Source of the DNA: Candidatus Nomurabacteria bacterium
GTDB taxonomy: Bacteria; Patescibacteriota; Minisyncoccia; Phycocordibacterales; SBAW01
Length of the DNA stretch: 64,000 nt
Direction of reading: 5' to 3'
Assembly (NCBI GenBank): GCA_943356415.1
Contig: CALREW010000002.1
Coordinates: 6,639-70,638, forward strand
Of this stretch, positions 55,124 to 63,535 are shown in pieces (the first letter of the stretch is position 1; each line of letters opens with the position of its first letter). A program made the translations under genes and the position numbers. Below the pieces are notes generated by a model, which saw only the letters and a program-made list of their open reading frames with translations, did no database searches and had not been told where the DNA came from.

Positions 55124-56137
55124 ATGCCGACACGTGAATTCGACCTCCTCATCGTGGGAGGTGGGGCCGCAGGCCTCAGCGCTGCCATCAGCAGCGCGTC
55201 CGAGGGGCTCAACGTGGGTCTTCTCGACTCCGCGGCACAGCTCGGCGGCCAGGCCGGCAAGAGTTCTGCCATCGAGAACTACCCCGGGTTTGCCACACCG
55301 ATCAGCGGTGACGAACTGATGGCTCGGTGCATCGCCCAGGCGCGCCGCTTCAACACCAACATCCTGTGCCCCCAGAACGTCGTGGGCATCGTCCAGGATG
55401 GCAAGCGGCAGCTGGTGGTGACCGACGACGAGCAGTCCTACCTCGCCAAAGCTGTCGTGCTGAGCCTCGGTCTCGACTACCGTCGCCTGATGGCGAAGGG
55501 CATCGGTGACTTCATGGGCCGCGGCATCCTCTACGGCGCCCCGACCACTGACCCGAGCGCGCTCGGCGAATGCATCGTTTCTATCGTGGGCGGCGCCAAC
55601 TCGGCCGGCCAGGCGGCGATGCATCTGTCCAAGAACCCGAAAGCCAAGGTACGGCTGCTGGTTCGCAAGGCGCTCGACGACCAGATGTCGGACTACCTCA
55701 TCAAGTACATCCGGGCGGCGCCCAACATCGAAGTACTCGAAGGTGTCGAGGTCGTGGAGGCCTTTGGTGATTCGAAGCTGCAGGAAGTGGCGCTGAAGAA
55801 GTCTTCGAGCGAGGCGCTCGAGCGGCTGCAGACGCACCACCTCTTCATCTTCATCGGCGCACAGCCGCGGACCTTTTGGCTCAACGGCCACGTCGCCGTC
55901 GACGCCAAGAAGTTCATCGTCACCGGCGCGGATCTGCTGAAGGAAGGGAGAGACGTGAAGTGGCAGGGCGTCTGGAAGCATCCGAAGCGGTCACCGCTGC
56001 GGTACGAGACGAGCCTGCCTGGTGTCTTCGCCTGCGGCGATGTTCGGCTCGGCTCCACCAAGCGTGTGGCCGCAGCCTTCGGTGAAGGCTCCGGCGTCAT
56101 CCAGATCTGCCACGAGTTCCTCGCCCTCGATGAGTGA
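55124..56137 (+). CDS. FAD-dependent pyridine nucleotide-disulfide oxidoreductase, thioredoxin-reductase-like fold without the CxxC redox centre (ferredoxin-NADP reductase type)
   Basis: FAD site DLLIVGGGAAGLSAA, NAD(P) site VSIVGGANSAGQAA, and C-terminal GVFACGDV. There is no internal CxxC. RBS GCGAGGG lies before the ATG at 55124. The gene is about 63% GC. Confidence 0.7.
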   Translation: MPTREFDLLIVGGGAAGLSAAISSASEGLNVGLLDSAAQLGGQAGKSSAIENYPGFATPISGDELMARCIAQARRFNTNILCPQNVVGIVQDGKRQLVVTDDEQSYLAKAVVLSLGLDYRRLMAKGIGDFMGRGILYGAPTTDPSALGECIVSIVGGANSAGQAAMHLSKNPKAKVRLLVRKALDDQMSDYLIKYIRAAPNIEVLEGVEVVEAFGDSKLQEVALKKSSSEALERLQTHHLFIFIGAQPRTFWLNGHVAVDAKKFIVTGADLLKEGRDVKWQGVWKHPKRSPLRYETSLPGVFACGDVRLGSTKRVAAAFGEGSGVIQICHEFLALDE

Positions 56138-56162
56138 CGAACGAATACGGCGCCTGCGCCGA

Positions 56163-56194
56163 AAACGCCCTGGGGGGAACCCCGGGGCGTTTTG
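56163..56194. terminator. bidirectional rho-independent terminator
   Basis: AAAACGCCCTGGGGGGAACCCCGGGGCGTTTT. Confidence 0.6.
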
Positions 56195-56208
56195 AATTCT
56201 AAAAGTGA

Positions 56209-56760
56209 CTACGCTCGCGCGCGGATTTCTGCGGCAAGTTTAGACATCATTTCAACGAGATGCTTTTTTGTTTCTTCGTCAGTAAGCACGCCATCGTCAG
56301 AGAATTTCGACTTTGCCTGCCCCATATAAAACTCAGGCTGCCCTACAACACGCGCCGCGAGGTATACCATCATTTGTCGCAGGTGCGCCTGCGCAACGGC
56401 AGTGCCGATATTTCCTGTTGACGCTCCAAGAAGAATCACCGGCTTGTTGTCCCAAGCACTGTCTCCATACGGGCGCGAGGTCCAATCGATCATGTTCTTG
56501 AGATACCCAGGCACTGAACGGTTGTACTCAGGAGTAACAATTGCCACCCCATCGGCAGCTCGGATTTCATCCTTAAGACGCTTGGCTTCAGCGGGAAACG
56601 CTGCTTCAAGGTCTCCGTTATAAAATGGCAGCTGCGAGAAATCGCCGATGGTTACTTCAACACCTTCTGGAGCATTTTCTTTCATCGCACGAGCAAGCAT
56701 CTTGTTAAAAGACTTCTCACGCAAAGAACCTACGTAGACAACGAGTTTTACTGGATTCAT
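56209..56760 (-). CDS. NADPH-dependent FMN reductase (flavodoxin-like fold)
   Basis: MNPVKLVVYVGSLREKSFNKMLA N-terminus and ...LLGASTGNIG, matching the SsuE/YieF-like family. Confidence 0.75.
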   Translation of the reverse strand: MNPVKLVVYVGSLREKSFNKMLARAMKENAPEGVEVTIGDFSQLPFYNGDLEAAFPAEAKRLKDEIRAADGVAIVTPEYNRSVPGYLKNMIDWTSRPYGDSAWDNKPVILLGASTGNIGTAVAQAHLRQMMVYLAARVVGQPEFYMGQAKSKFSDDGVLTDEETKKHLVEMMSKLAAEIRARA

Positions 56761-56798
56761 ATCGACATACTACTCGAAAACACCTTACAACCCATCGA

Positions 56799-56834
56799 GC
56801 ACACTCCCTGTGCCTATAGGCACAGGGAGTGTGC
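56799..56834. repeat. perfect 16-bp inverted repeat with a 4-nt loop (GCACACTCCCTGTGCC-TATA-GGCACAGGGAGTGTGC)
   Basis: Intergenic, between the GH18 stop and the FMN reductase start. No flanking U-tract. Confidence 0.5.
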
Positions 56835-56857
56835 AGCTGAAAAAGTAGATTCAATAG

Positions 56858-57976
56858 CTACCTCGCTGTCGAGAGCGCGTTCCACATTGCGGGGTCTTCA
56901 CCGCCGTCTATCTTAAAGATAGCGACGCCGCGCACGCCAAGACGCTTTGCAAGATCAACTTTAGCTTTGATCGCCTGCGCATCGCTCCAGGTCAAAACAC
57001 GCGTTGCATTTGGAAGCGGTATGGCATCAGTCGAAGAAGCGGCCGGGAAACTTATGTACGCTTCTCCCCCAGCAGAACGTTGTATGGCCAGCCCCATTTT
57101 TTGAGCAAGGTCTACGGCGTAACCTGGGTTAAACGACCACAGCGGACTGTATTCGTATCCTGAGGGCGTTGTACTCGACATGAACATATCGTGCTCGTAT
57201 CCGTAGGTAGCCACACCAATCAATATCTTCTTCTTTGCGATATCTTTTGACGCAAGGGTAATCGCCTTCTCTACCCACCGCACATCAGCGATCGGCATAT
57301 ACGGCGGCTTTGAGACAGCGTTTAATTTGAGGTCAATCGTGCCCTGGTCATACGTCATGAACTTCACGCGGTCGCAATACTTATTTATCTCTTTGAAATC
57401 ATTAGCGTATTCAAGTGTTTTTGGCACCGTTGAAAAACGACTCTCGGGCGGTGTACGCGCTTCGATCGTACACGTCACCCACTTCTTCCCCATCGCCTTG
57501 TAGAGCTCTTTAAGAAAAGCGGAGAAATACGGTTTGGTCTCAGCAAGCTTGCCTTCGTAGTCGATATCAACGCCATCAAAACCATTGGTATTTACCATGT
57601 CGACAATGGCCTGTATGTGCGCCGTGCGAGACGCTTTTTTTGAGAGAATCGCATGAATGGTTCCACCACTTCCCCACGTGATGGTCGGAATAATGCGAAT
57701 ATTTTTCTGGCGTGCCGTTGTGTACAGAAGCGGCCACAGTTTGCTGTTTTTCGTCAGTTCATCGTTAAGCGTACCGTCCGACTTAACCGTGTAGCCGAAC
57801 GGATTGATTTCGGTGAATGTATCGATATGGAGCGTCGTGTCGGCTATGCCTGCATCTGCGCGCCAATACGGTATCCATCCAGATACTTCAAACGGTTTAC
57901 TTTGCGCTGCCAACGCCGAAGCGGGTGTGGCGAGTACAAAGACAAGCACGAGCAAGGCGGAAAAAGCTTTCTTCAT
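56858..57976 (-). CDS. glycoside hydrolase family 18-like secreted protein
   Basis: Signal peptide and the GH18 catalytic motif FDGVDIDYEG. Confidence 0.7.
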   Translation of the reverse strand: MKKAFSALLVLVFVLATPASALAAQSKPFEVSGWIPYWRADAGIADTTLHIDTFTEINPFGYTVKSDGTLNDELTKNSKLWPLLYTTARQKNIRIIPTITWGSGGTIHAILSKKASRTAHIQAIVDMVNTNGFDGVDIDYEGKLAETKPYFSAFLKELYKAMGKKWVTCTIEARTPPESRFSTVPKTLEYANDFKEINKYCDRVKFMTYDQGTIDLKLNAVSKPPYMPIADVRWVEKAITLASKDIAKKKILIGVATYGYEHDMFMSSTTPSGYEYSPLWSFNPGYAVDLAQKMGLAIQRSAGGEAYISFPAASSTDAIPLPNATRVLTWSDAQAIKAKVDLAKRLGVRGVAIFKIDGGEDPAMWNALSTAR

Positions 57977-57997
57977 ACCCTTTCAACGTACCACGAG

Positions 57998-58489
57998 TCA
58001 CTCCGTGACCACGATCGCGCGGCGAGCGTGTATGTCACGCTCGTAGTCATAACTAATAAGAACGATCATGGCGATGTCGAAAAATGTGAAGAGGAGGAGC
58101 CACGGAGAGAATATATGGAGCAGGCGGTATGACTGATACAACGCAAATACGGTGAGCGCCACCAGCGAGACTGGATACGCCCATCGCTTGTGTTTCAAAA
58201 GCCCCACCACAAACACCCCATTGATAAGTCCGTGCCCAAGCAAGTACACGATAACAAACGTCGTTATCGTACCGTGCTCAATCAAACTCAACGCGCCACG
58301 TATCAAAAAATCATGTCGAGCGTCTGAAATCTCAGCATGCGCAAAGCGTACCAACGCGTGCGTCCCTTGTGTTCGACCAACCGCCATAAGCACGAACGCA
58401 GTCACCAGATCGACAACGGCAAAAAATCCTTTGATCGTAATGCCTGCCCACAACAGATTGTGCATGTCGCGACGGCTAATCATGCTCAC
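57998..58489 (-). CDS. DUF2127-like membrane protein
   Basis: 163 aa with 4 TM helices. Confidence 0.5.
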   Translation of the reverse strand: MSMISRRDMHNLLWAGITIKGFFAVVDLVTAFVLMAVGRTQGTHALVRFAHAEISDARHDFLIRGALSLIEHGTITTFVIVYLLGHGLINGVFVVGLLKHKRWAYPVSLVALTVFALYQSYRLLHIFSPWLLLFTFFDIAMIVLISYDYERDIHARRAIVVTE

Positions 58490-58527
58490 AACGTACCACG
58501 CAAAGAGCCACTTGTTATACTGAACGG

Positions 58528-58878
58528 ATGAAGACTTACACCGGTGGATGTCATTGCGGCAACGTGCGTTTTGAAGCTGAGATGGAGCTCGACAAGGTCA
58601 TCTCCTGCAACTGCAGTAATTGCGGCAAACGGGGTTTACTTTTGAAGTTTATTCCCGAAGAACAATTCAAACTTCTCAAAGGTGAGGAGAGTCTGAAAGA
58701 CTACCGTTTTAACAAAATGCACATTGCACATATGGTCTGCACCAACTGCGGTCTCGAACCTTTTGGTAAAGGTTCAAAACCAGACGGTTCAAAAATGGCA
58801 GCAATTAATATCCGCTGCTTGGACGACATCGATCCCACTTCAGTACCTGCGGAGAAAGTAGACGGAAAGTCCTACTAA
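58528..58878 (+). CDS. GFA family protein (glutathione-dependent formaldehyde-activating-like zinc protein)
   Basis: GGCHCGNVRF plus CNCSNC and CTNCG cysteine clusters. Confidence 0.8.
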   Translation: MKTYTGGCHCGNVRFEAEMELDKVISCNCSNCGKRGLLLKFIPEEQFKLLKGEESLKDYRFNKMHIAHMVCTNCGLEPFGKGSKPDGSKMAAINIRCLDDIDPTSVPAEKVDGKSY

Positions 58879-58882
58879 CTCC

Positions 58883-60550
58883 TTATTTTTTAGTTCCAGG
58901 AAAATCAAATTGCGACAGTCTCACTGAGGTTGCGGTGGCAACTTTTTTACCTGGGTTAAAGATATCGAGCGGATCAAAAATCTCTTTCACCTGACGGAAG
59001 AGATCCTGCATAGGAGCGCCGAACATTTTCCCAACATACTGCGTGCGGACAATCCCGTCATTGTGTTCCCCACTTATTGAGCCTTTGTATGAAAGGACGA
59101 GGTCATAGACCGAGTGCGAGAGCATATCGATAAGCGATGCTGCATCAGGACGCGCGGGGTCAATAAGCGGGATGATGTGGAAGTTTCCATCGCCCACATG
59201 ACCCGCAACGGTATAGATAAGGTCATGGCCTTCAAGGAGCTTTTCAAGCTTTGGAAGAAAATCTGAAAGTGCTGACGGCGGCACCACAAAGTCGTCGATA
59301 AAAGGCGCCGTGCGCTTGCCTCTTACTTTTTTGCGAAGAAGATTGAAACTCTCACGACGAATCGTCCAGTACTTCTTTGCTTTTTCTTCGGACTCTGCCA
59401 CACGGATACGCACGTTGGGACGTTTCTTTTTGAGGTCAACGAGCAACATTCGTGCACGACTAAGCGCTTCGTCTTGCGTATCGGCACGAAACTCAACCAT
59501 CAGAATAAGCTTTGGAATGCCGCCCGTGACGAGCATAAAGAGCTCTGGCAAAAACGAAATGCCGACCTTAAACATGCTTGATTTCATCTGCGCCGCAAAC
59601 TCAGGGAAATAGCGCGCGGCGAGTCCAAAGGTGTGGTCATCATAGGACTCAAAACTGTCAGGGTCGTGCGCGAGAACTTCCGGTACGATAACGCCGAGGT
59701 CCGAGAGTTTGTCGAGAAAGAGCACCGTCATAGCTGCATACGGTTTTGGACGCACCAGCTTAAAACGGATGTTCGTGACAATACCGAGCGTTCCTTGCGC
59801 ACCCACCATCAGGCGGCAGAGATTAAGCGAACTGAGACCGTCACCTACTTCCCACAGCGGGTAGCCTGAAGAATTTTTGGTAACAATTGGCGTGCTTGCT
59901 TTGACTGTTGTCGCATTCGCCGGATCCGCAAGCAGTTTCGACATGCGTCGATAGAGTTCTCCTTCGTAGGTGTTCTCGATAAGTTTTGCACGCAGCTCCT
60001 CACCCATGAGGTTCTTCAAGGTATGCACTTCCCCATCTCCCAACACGACATCAAGCGACTCGACATAGCGAGCCGTTTTTCCATACTTTAAATTTTTCTC
60101 ACCACCTGAGTCATTGCCGACCATTCCTCCGAGCGTATTTATTTCGCGCGAGGCAGTATAGCTCGGCAATTCGAGTCCTCGCTTTTTTGTCTCACGATCA
60201 AAATCACGGAAAAACATGCCCGGCTCAACGATCGCATAGTCTGCGCCCACTTCGCGCAGCTTGTTTAGATGCTCAGTGGTAGATACGACAATCGAGTCGG
60301 TAAGCGGTCCACCAGACATGTCGGTACCGGCAGCACGAGGTGTAAGAGAAATATGCGAAGCAGAATCGTGCTCCTTTTTTTGTTTTACCAAACGTACGAG
60401 CGCCGAGATATCCTGCGCATTTTTTGGATAGACCACCAATTCCGGCGTGACCTTATAGAGACTGGCGTCGCGGCTCATAGCTTCACGGACACCTCGGGAG
60501 TCATCTACCTCGCCCGCGATCACTTTTTTGATGTCATCGATGAGCGCCAT
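58883..60550 (-). CDS. FAD-linked oxidase (PCMH-type FAD-binding domain plus C-terminal oxidase domain)
   Basis: FAD-binding-4 pattern (PRAAGTDMSGG, VGAQGTLGIVTNIRFKL), 555 aa. Confidence 0.8.
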   Translation of the reverse strand: MALIDDIKKVIAGEVDDSRGVREAMSRDASLYKVTPELVVYPKNAQDISALVRLVKQKKEHDSASHISLTPRAAGTDMSGGPLTDSIVVSTTEHLNKLREVGADYAIVEPGMFFRDFDRETKKRGLELPSYTASREINTLGGMVGNDSGGEKNLKYGKTARYVESLDVVLGDGEVHTLKNLMGEELRAKLIENTYEGELYRRMSKLLADPANATTVKASTPIVTKNSSGYPLWEVGDGLSSLNLCRLMVGAQGTLGIVTNIRFKLVRPKPYAAMTVLFLDKLSDLGVIVPEVLAHDPDSFESYDDHTFGLAARYFPEFAAQMKSSMFKVGISFLPELFMLVTGGIPKLILMVEFRADTQDEALSRARMLLVDLKKKRPNVRIRVAESEEKAKKYWTIRRESFNLLRKKVRGKRTAPFIDDFVVPPSALSDFLPKLEKLLEGHDLIYTVAGHVGDGNFHIIPLIDPARPDAASLIDMLSHSVYDLVLSYKGSISGEHNDGIVRTQYVGKMFGAPMQDLFRQVKEIFDPLDIFNPGKKVATATSVRLSQFDFPGTKK

Positions 60551-60573
60551 TTGCTTCTATTGTAGCGCCTTTC

Positions 60574-62034
60574 TTACTTCTCCAAATCGAGTACTTCGTC
60601 TATGCGGATTTGCTTCACAAACTCTGGTACGTGGGAGACCAATATCATCGCTCCTTGGTATTCATCGAGCGCTTTGGCTATAACCGGGATATGACGGAAG
60701 TTAATATGATTGGTCGGCTCATCGAGAATAAGGAGTCCCGGCCTCATGAGGACAAGGCGCGCAAAGGCAACAAGTCCCTTCTGCCCTTCTGAGAGAACAC
60801 CGATAGGCGTGTCGATAAGATCTCCAATAAGAAGGCCGCCGCAGACGGTACGGAGATTTTCTTCAATACGCTTCTCCATCACCACCTCAAGCTCGTCGCG
60901 CACTGTTTTATTGAAATCGAGGTTGGAGAAATCCTGGCGGTAGTATCCAATACGCACACCTGGTGCGACAGTAGTTCCTTCAGCGGTGCCCTCGGCTATC
61001 GCCTCAAGTAGAGTTGATTTGCCGATACCGTTTGGCCCTTTTAACTGGAGGTGCTGGTTACGACGCAGTACGATATTTGCCTTACGCGTCGTTGCTTTGT
61101 GCTCATGGATCACTTTAAAGGAAGAAATCGTGATGATGTCGCCTATAAGTTCCGGCTGTGAGCCGATGACGAACGAACGGATGGTCTTATCTTCGCGACG
61201 CACATCTACTTTGTCTTCCTCAAGCTCTTCCGCCTTTTCGCGCATGCGCTTTGCAACCATACGCATCTGACCTCCTTTGTTTGCAAAGAAATTTGCTTTG
61301 TCTTTCTTCTCTTGTATCTCTTTTGCCAAAAGGGCGTTCTTTCGGTTTTCCTTCTCGATACGCACCGCAATCTCTGCCACTACGTCAGAGTAGTTACCAA
61401 CGTACTGTTCTACCTTTTTAGTACGCGCATCAAGATAGAGCACACCTTGGGTAAATGAGTTGAGGAAGTCCGCGTCGTGCGAGATAACAATGCAGGTTTT
61501 CTTATAGGCCTTAAGAAATTCAATGAGGTGTGCAATGCCTTGTTTGTCGAGGTTATTCGTTGGCTCATCAAGAAGGAGCAAGTCTGGGTCTTGGATAAGC
61601 GCCGAGGCAAGGAGTAAGCGCGCTTGCTGTCCGCCAGAAAATGAACGCACGATACGTTCATGCAATTTACTTTTCCCCTGAGGCAAATGGACAATCTCCA
61701 AAACTTCATCAATACGCGGGTCGATATCGTAGACCTTTTCTGGAAAAAGCTTCTGGAAAAAATCGCGTACCGTGAGGTCGAGGTCTTCGCGCGGTATAAC
61801 CTGGCGCGCGGTCGCAATGGAGAGTTTTGGTACCACGTTAATAAGCCCTTCAATGGGCGCGTGAGCACCAGTGAGGAGTCCGAAGATGGTACTTTTGCCT
61901 GCACCGTTTTGACCCATAAGCGTCAACTTTGCGCCGCGACGCACGGAAAAGTTCACCTGCTCGAGAAGGTGTTTTTTGGGGCCATGGTCGAAGGAAACTC
62001 CTTCAAACCTAACTATCGTTTCGTCCTTTGCCAT
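60574..62034 (-). CDS. ABC-F family ATPase (two tandem nucleotide-binding domains, no TM domain)
   Basis: Two Walker A motifs (GQNGAGKST, GPNGIGKST), two ABC signature/Walker B regions, and an inter-domain linker. Confidence 0.85.
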   Translation of the reverse strand: MAKDETIVRFEGVSFDHGPKKHLLEQVNFSVRRGAKLTLMGQNGAGKSTIFGLLTGAHAPIEGLINVVPKLSIATARQVIPREDLDLTVRDFFQKLFPEKVYDIDPRIDEVLEIVHLPQGKSKLHERIVRSFSGGQQARLLLASALIQDPDLLLLDEPTNNLDKQGIAHLIEFLKAYKKTCIVISHDADFLNSFTQGVLYLDARTKKVEQYVGNYSDVVAEIAVRIEKENRKNALLAKEIQEKKDKANFFANKGGQMRMVAKRMREKAEELEEDKVDVRREDKTIRSFVIGSQPELIGDIITISSFKVIHEHKATTRKANIVLRRNQHLQLKGPNGIGKSTLLEAIAEGTAEGTTVAPGVRIGYYRQDFSNLDFNKTVRDELEVVMEKRIEENLRTVCGGLLIGDLIDTPIGVLSEGQKGLVAFARLVLMRPGLLILDEPTNHINFRHIPVIAKALDEYQGAMILVSHVPEFVKQIRIDEVLDLEK

Positions 62035-62114
62035 ATCTCAAATCAATAACGCGGGTCTCCCCGCGCAAGTAACTACACACTACCTCAAACGGCTAAAAAT
62101 CGGAAGGTGCGAGC

Positions 62115-62471
62115 TTAGAAATCTACGGGGTGAAGCACCAGAAGATGTACGTGGAAATGATCGGGTATGGATTTAAGTTTTTGCGTACCTTCCATCACAA
62201 TTTCATACTTCTCAGCCACGTAGCCGTGTTTTATTTTGTTGTACTCCAACCACTCCTCTTGAGTTATCTCTCCTTCAGTGACGTGCCGTTTTGACACAAG
62301 CATGTCGTGTGTCGAGGCAACTTCGTCATACGGAAAATCATTCTGAAGTATTTTCCAATGCGTAAACTCCTCAAGTGGAGTGGCTTCGCACAACGCACAA
62401 AAAGAAGGATCCCGCCCGGTGCGCACTTCCTGATATTTCTTTTCAGTTTCTTTTGAGCGCAGCGAAAGCAT
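62115..62471 (-). CDS. HIT-like protein (histidine triad HFHVHL) with an N-terminal CxxC
   Basis: FCALCE and HFHVHLL motifs. Confidence 0.6.
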   Translation of the reverse strand: MLSLRSKETEKKYQEVRTGRDPSFCALCEATPLEEFTHWKILQNDFPYDEVASTHDMLVSKRHVTEGEITQEEWLEYNKIKHGYVAEKYEIVMEGTQKLKSIPDHFHVHLLVLHPVDF

Positions 62472-62526
62472 GTTGGATGTGCGCCATTGTAGCGCACGCT
62501 CAATACTTTTTGCTATTCCAGAAAAT

Positions 62527-62562
62527 ACAAACGCCCCGGCTTTTGGCCGGGGCGTTTGTATT
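62527..62562. terminator. bidirectional rho-independent terminator after the csp gene
   Basis: ACAAACGCCCCGGCTTTTGGCCGGGGCGTTTGT. Confidence 0.65.
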
Positions 62563-62575
62563 GTGACAATACGGT

Positions 62576-62773
62576 TTACTGTCTCGTGACCTGCACTGCG
62601 TTAGGACCCTTGTCGCTTTCTCCTATTTCGAAAGAGACAGAATCACCAACGCGGAGTTCATCGAACGTGACGCCAACAAGGTCCTTGGAGTGGAAGAAGA
62701 GGTCTTTTGCCTCCCCTTCACGGGCAATAAAGCCAAATCCGCGGTCCGTGAGCGTCTTAATTGTTCCAATCAT
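62576..62773 (-). CDS. cold-shock protein (CspA family)
   Basis: RNP motifs GFGFI and a full 65-aa CSD (MIGTIKTLTDRGFGFIAREGEAKDLFFH...). A 5' leader of about 130 nt lies upstream. Confidence 0.9.
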   Translation of the reverse strand: MIGTIKTLTDRGFGFIAREGEAKDLFFHSKDLVGVTFDELRVGDSVSFEIGESDKGPNAVQVTRQ

Positions 62774-62907
62774 CTGCGTATGTATTTTCTTCGTATGAGA
62801 AACTCTCGACCCCGTTTCTGCCGCTAAGCGTTAGCGGCCACCTTCATAATGTAATCCGACGCTGCGCACGTCAAGCGCCGTCGGCAATGTCAGTTGCGTA
62901 ATCCTTC

Positions 62908-63429
62908 TTATTTCTTTGAAGCTTTCTTGGCCTTTTTCTTCTTTGCGACACTCGACACGACTGCCCCAAGGGTCTTTTCCTTAGAGGCTTTGTCCGAAGA
63001 ACCTGCCTTATTTTGCGCTGCAAGGGTCTCAATGAGACGATCGAGTTTGCCGCTGATAGCCTCCATTTGGGTCTTTAGTTCACGAACACCCTGGTCGCTA
63101 CCTCGATTCTCTTCGCGGGGTGCGCGGAAATCATCACGAGGAGCTCCAAACGGCTTGCGTGCACCGAAGGACGGACGTGCGGGACGCGGAGAGAACTCGC
63201 GGCCTCCAGCAGGGCTTTTTGTTGAAAAACAGTCGCGGCAGTAGACCGGCTTCTCGCCATTAGGGCGGAATGGGACTTCACAACTCTTTTTACACTCGGC
63301 ACAGGTAGCCTGATAGAGCTGTGGGCGGTCCCCACGATCTCCACCACCAAAACGAGGCTTGAAACCTCCAGGGCCTCGCCTATCGCCTCCGCCACCTCCA
63401 AACCGTCCCCCTTTGTTGAAGTCCTTCAT
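62908..63429 (-). CDS. CxxC-x17-CxxC zinc-ribbon protein with a Gly/Arg-rich N-terminus and a Lys-rich C-terminus
   Basis: CAECKKSCEVPFRPNGEKPVYCRDCF; flanking RGG/FGG repeats and a KKKKAKKASKK tail. Confidence 0.6.
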   Translation of the reverse strand: MKDFNKGGRFGGGGGDRRGPGGFKPRFGGGDRGDRPQLYQATCAECKKSCEVPFRPNGEKPVYCRDCFSTKSPAGGREFSPRPARPSFGARKPFGAPRDDFRAPREENRGSDQGVRELKTQMEAISGKLDRLIETLAAQNKAGSSDKASKEKTLGAVVSSVAKKKKAKKASKK

Positions 63430-63535
63430 ATAATGTCGACCAACAGTACCATAGACTTTTAAAATTGCAAGATTCCGTCTTGATGCAGCAGAAAACGGGT
63501 GGCGTCGAGAGTCTCCATTCGATTACAGTAACGCT

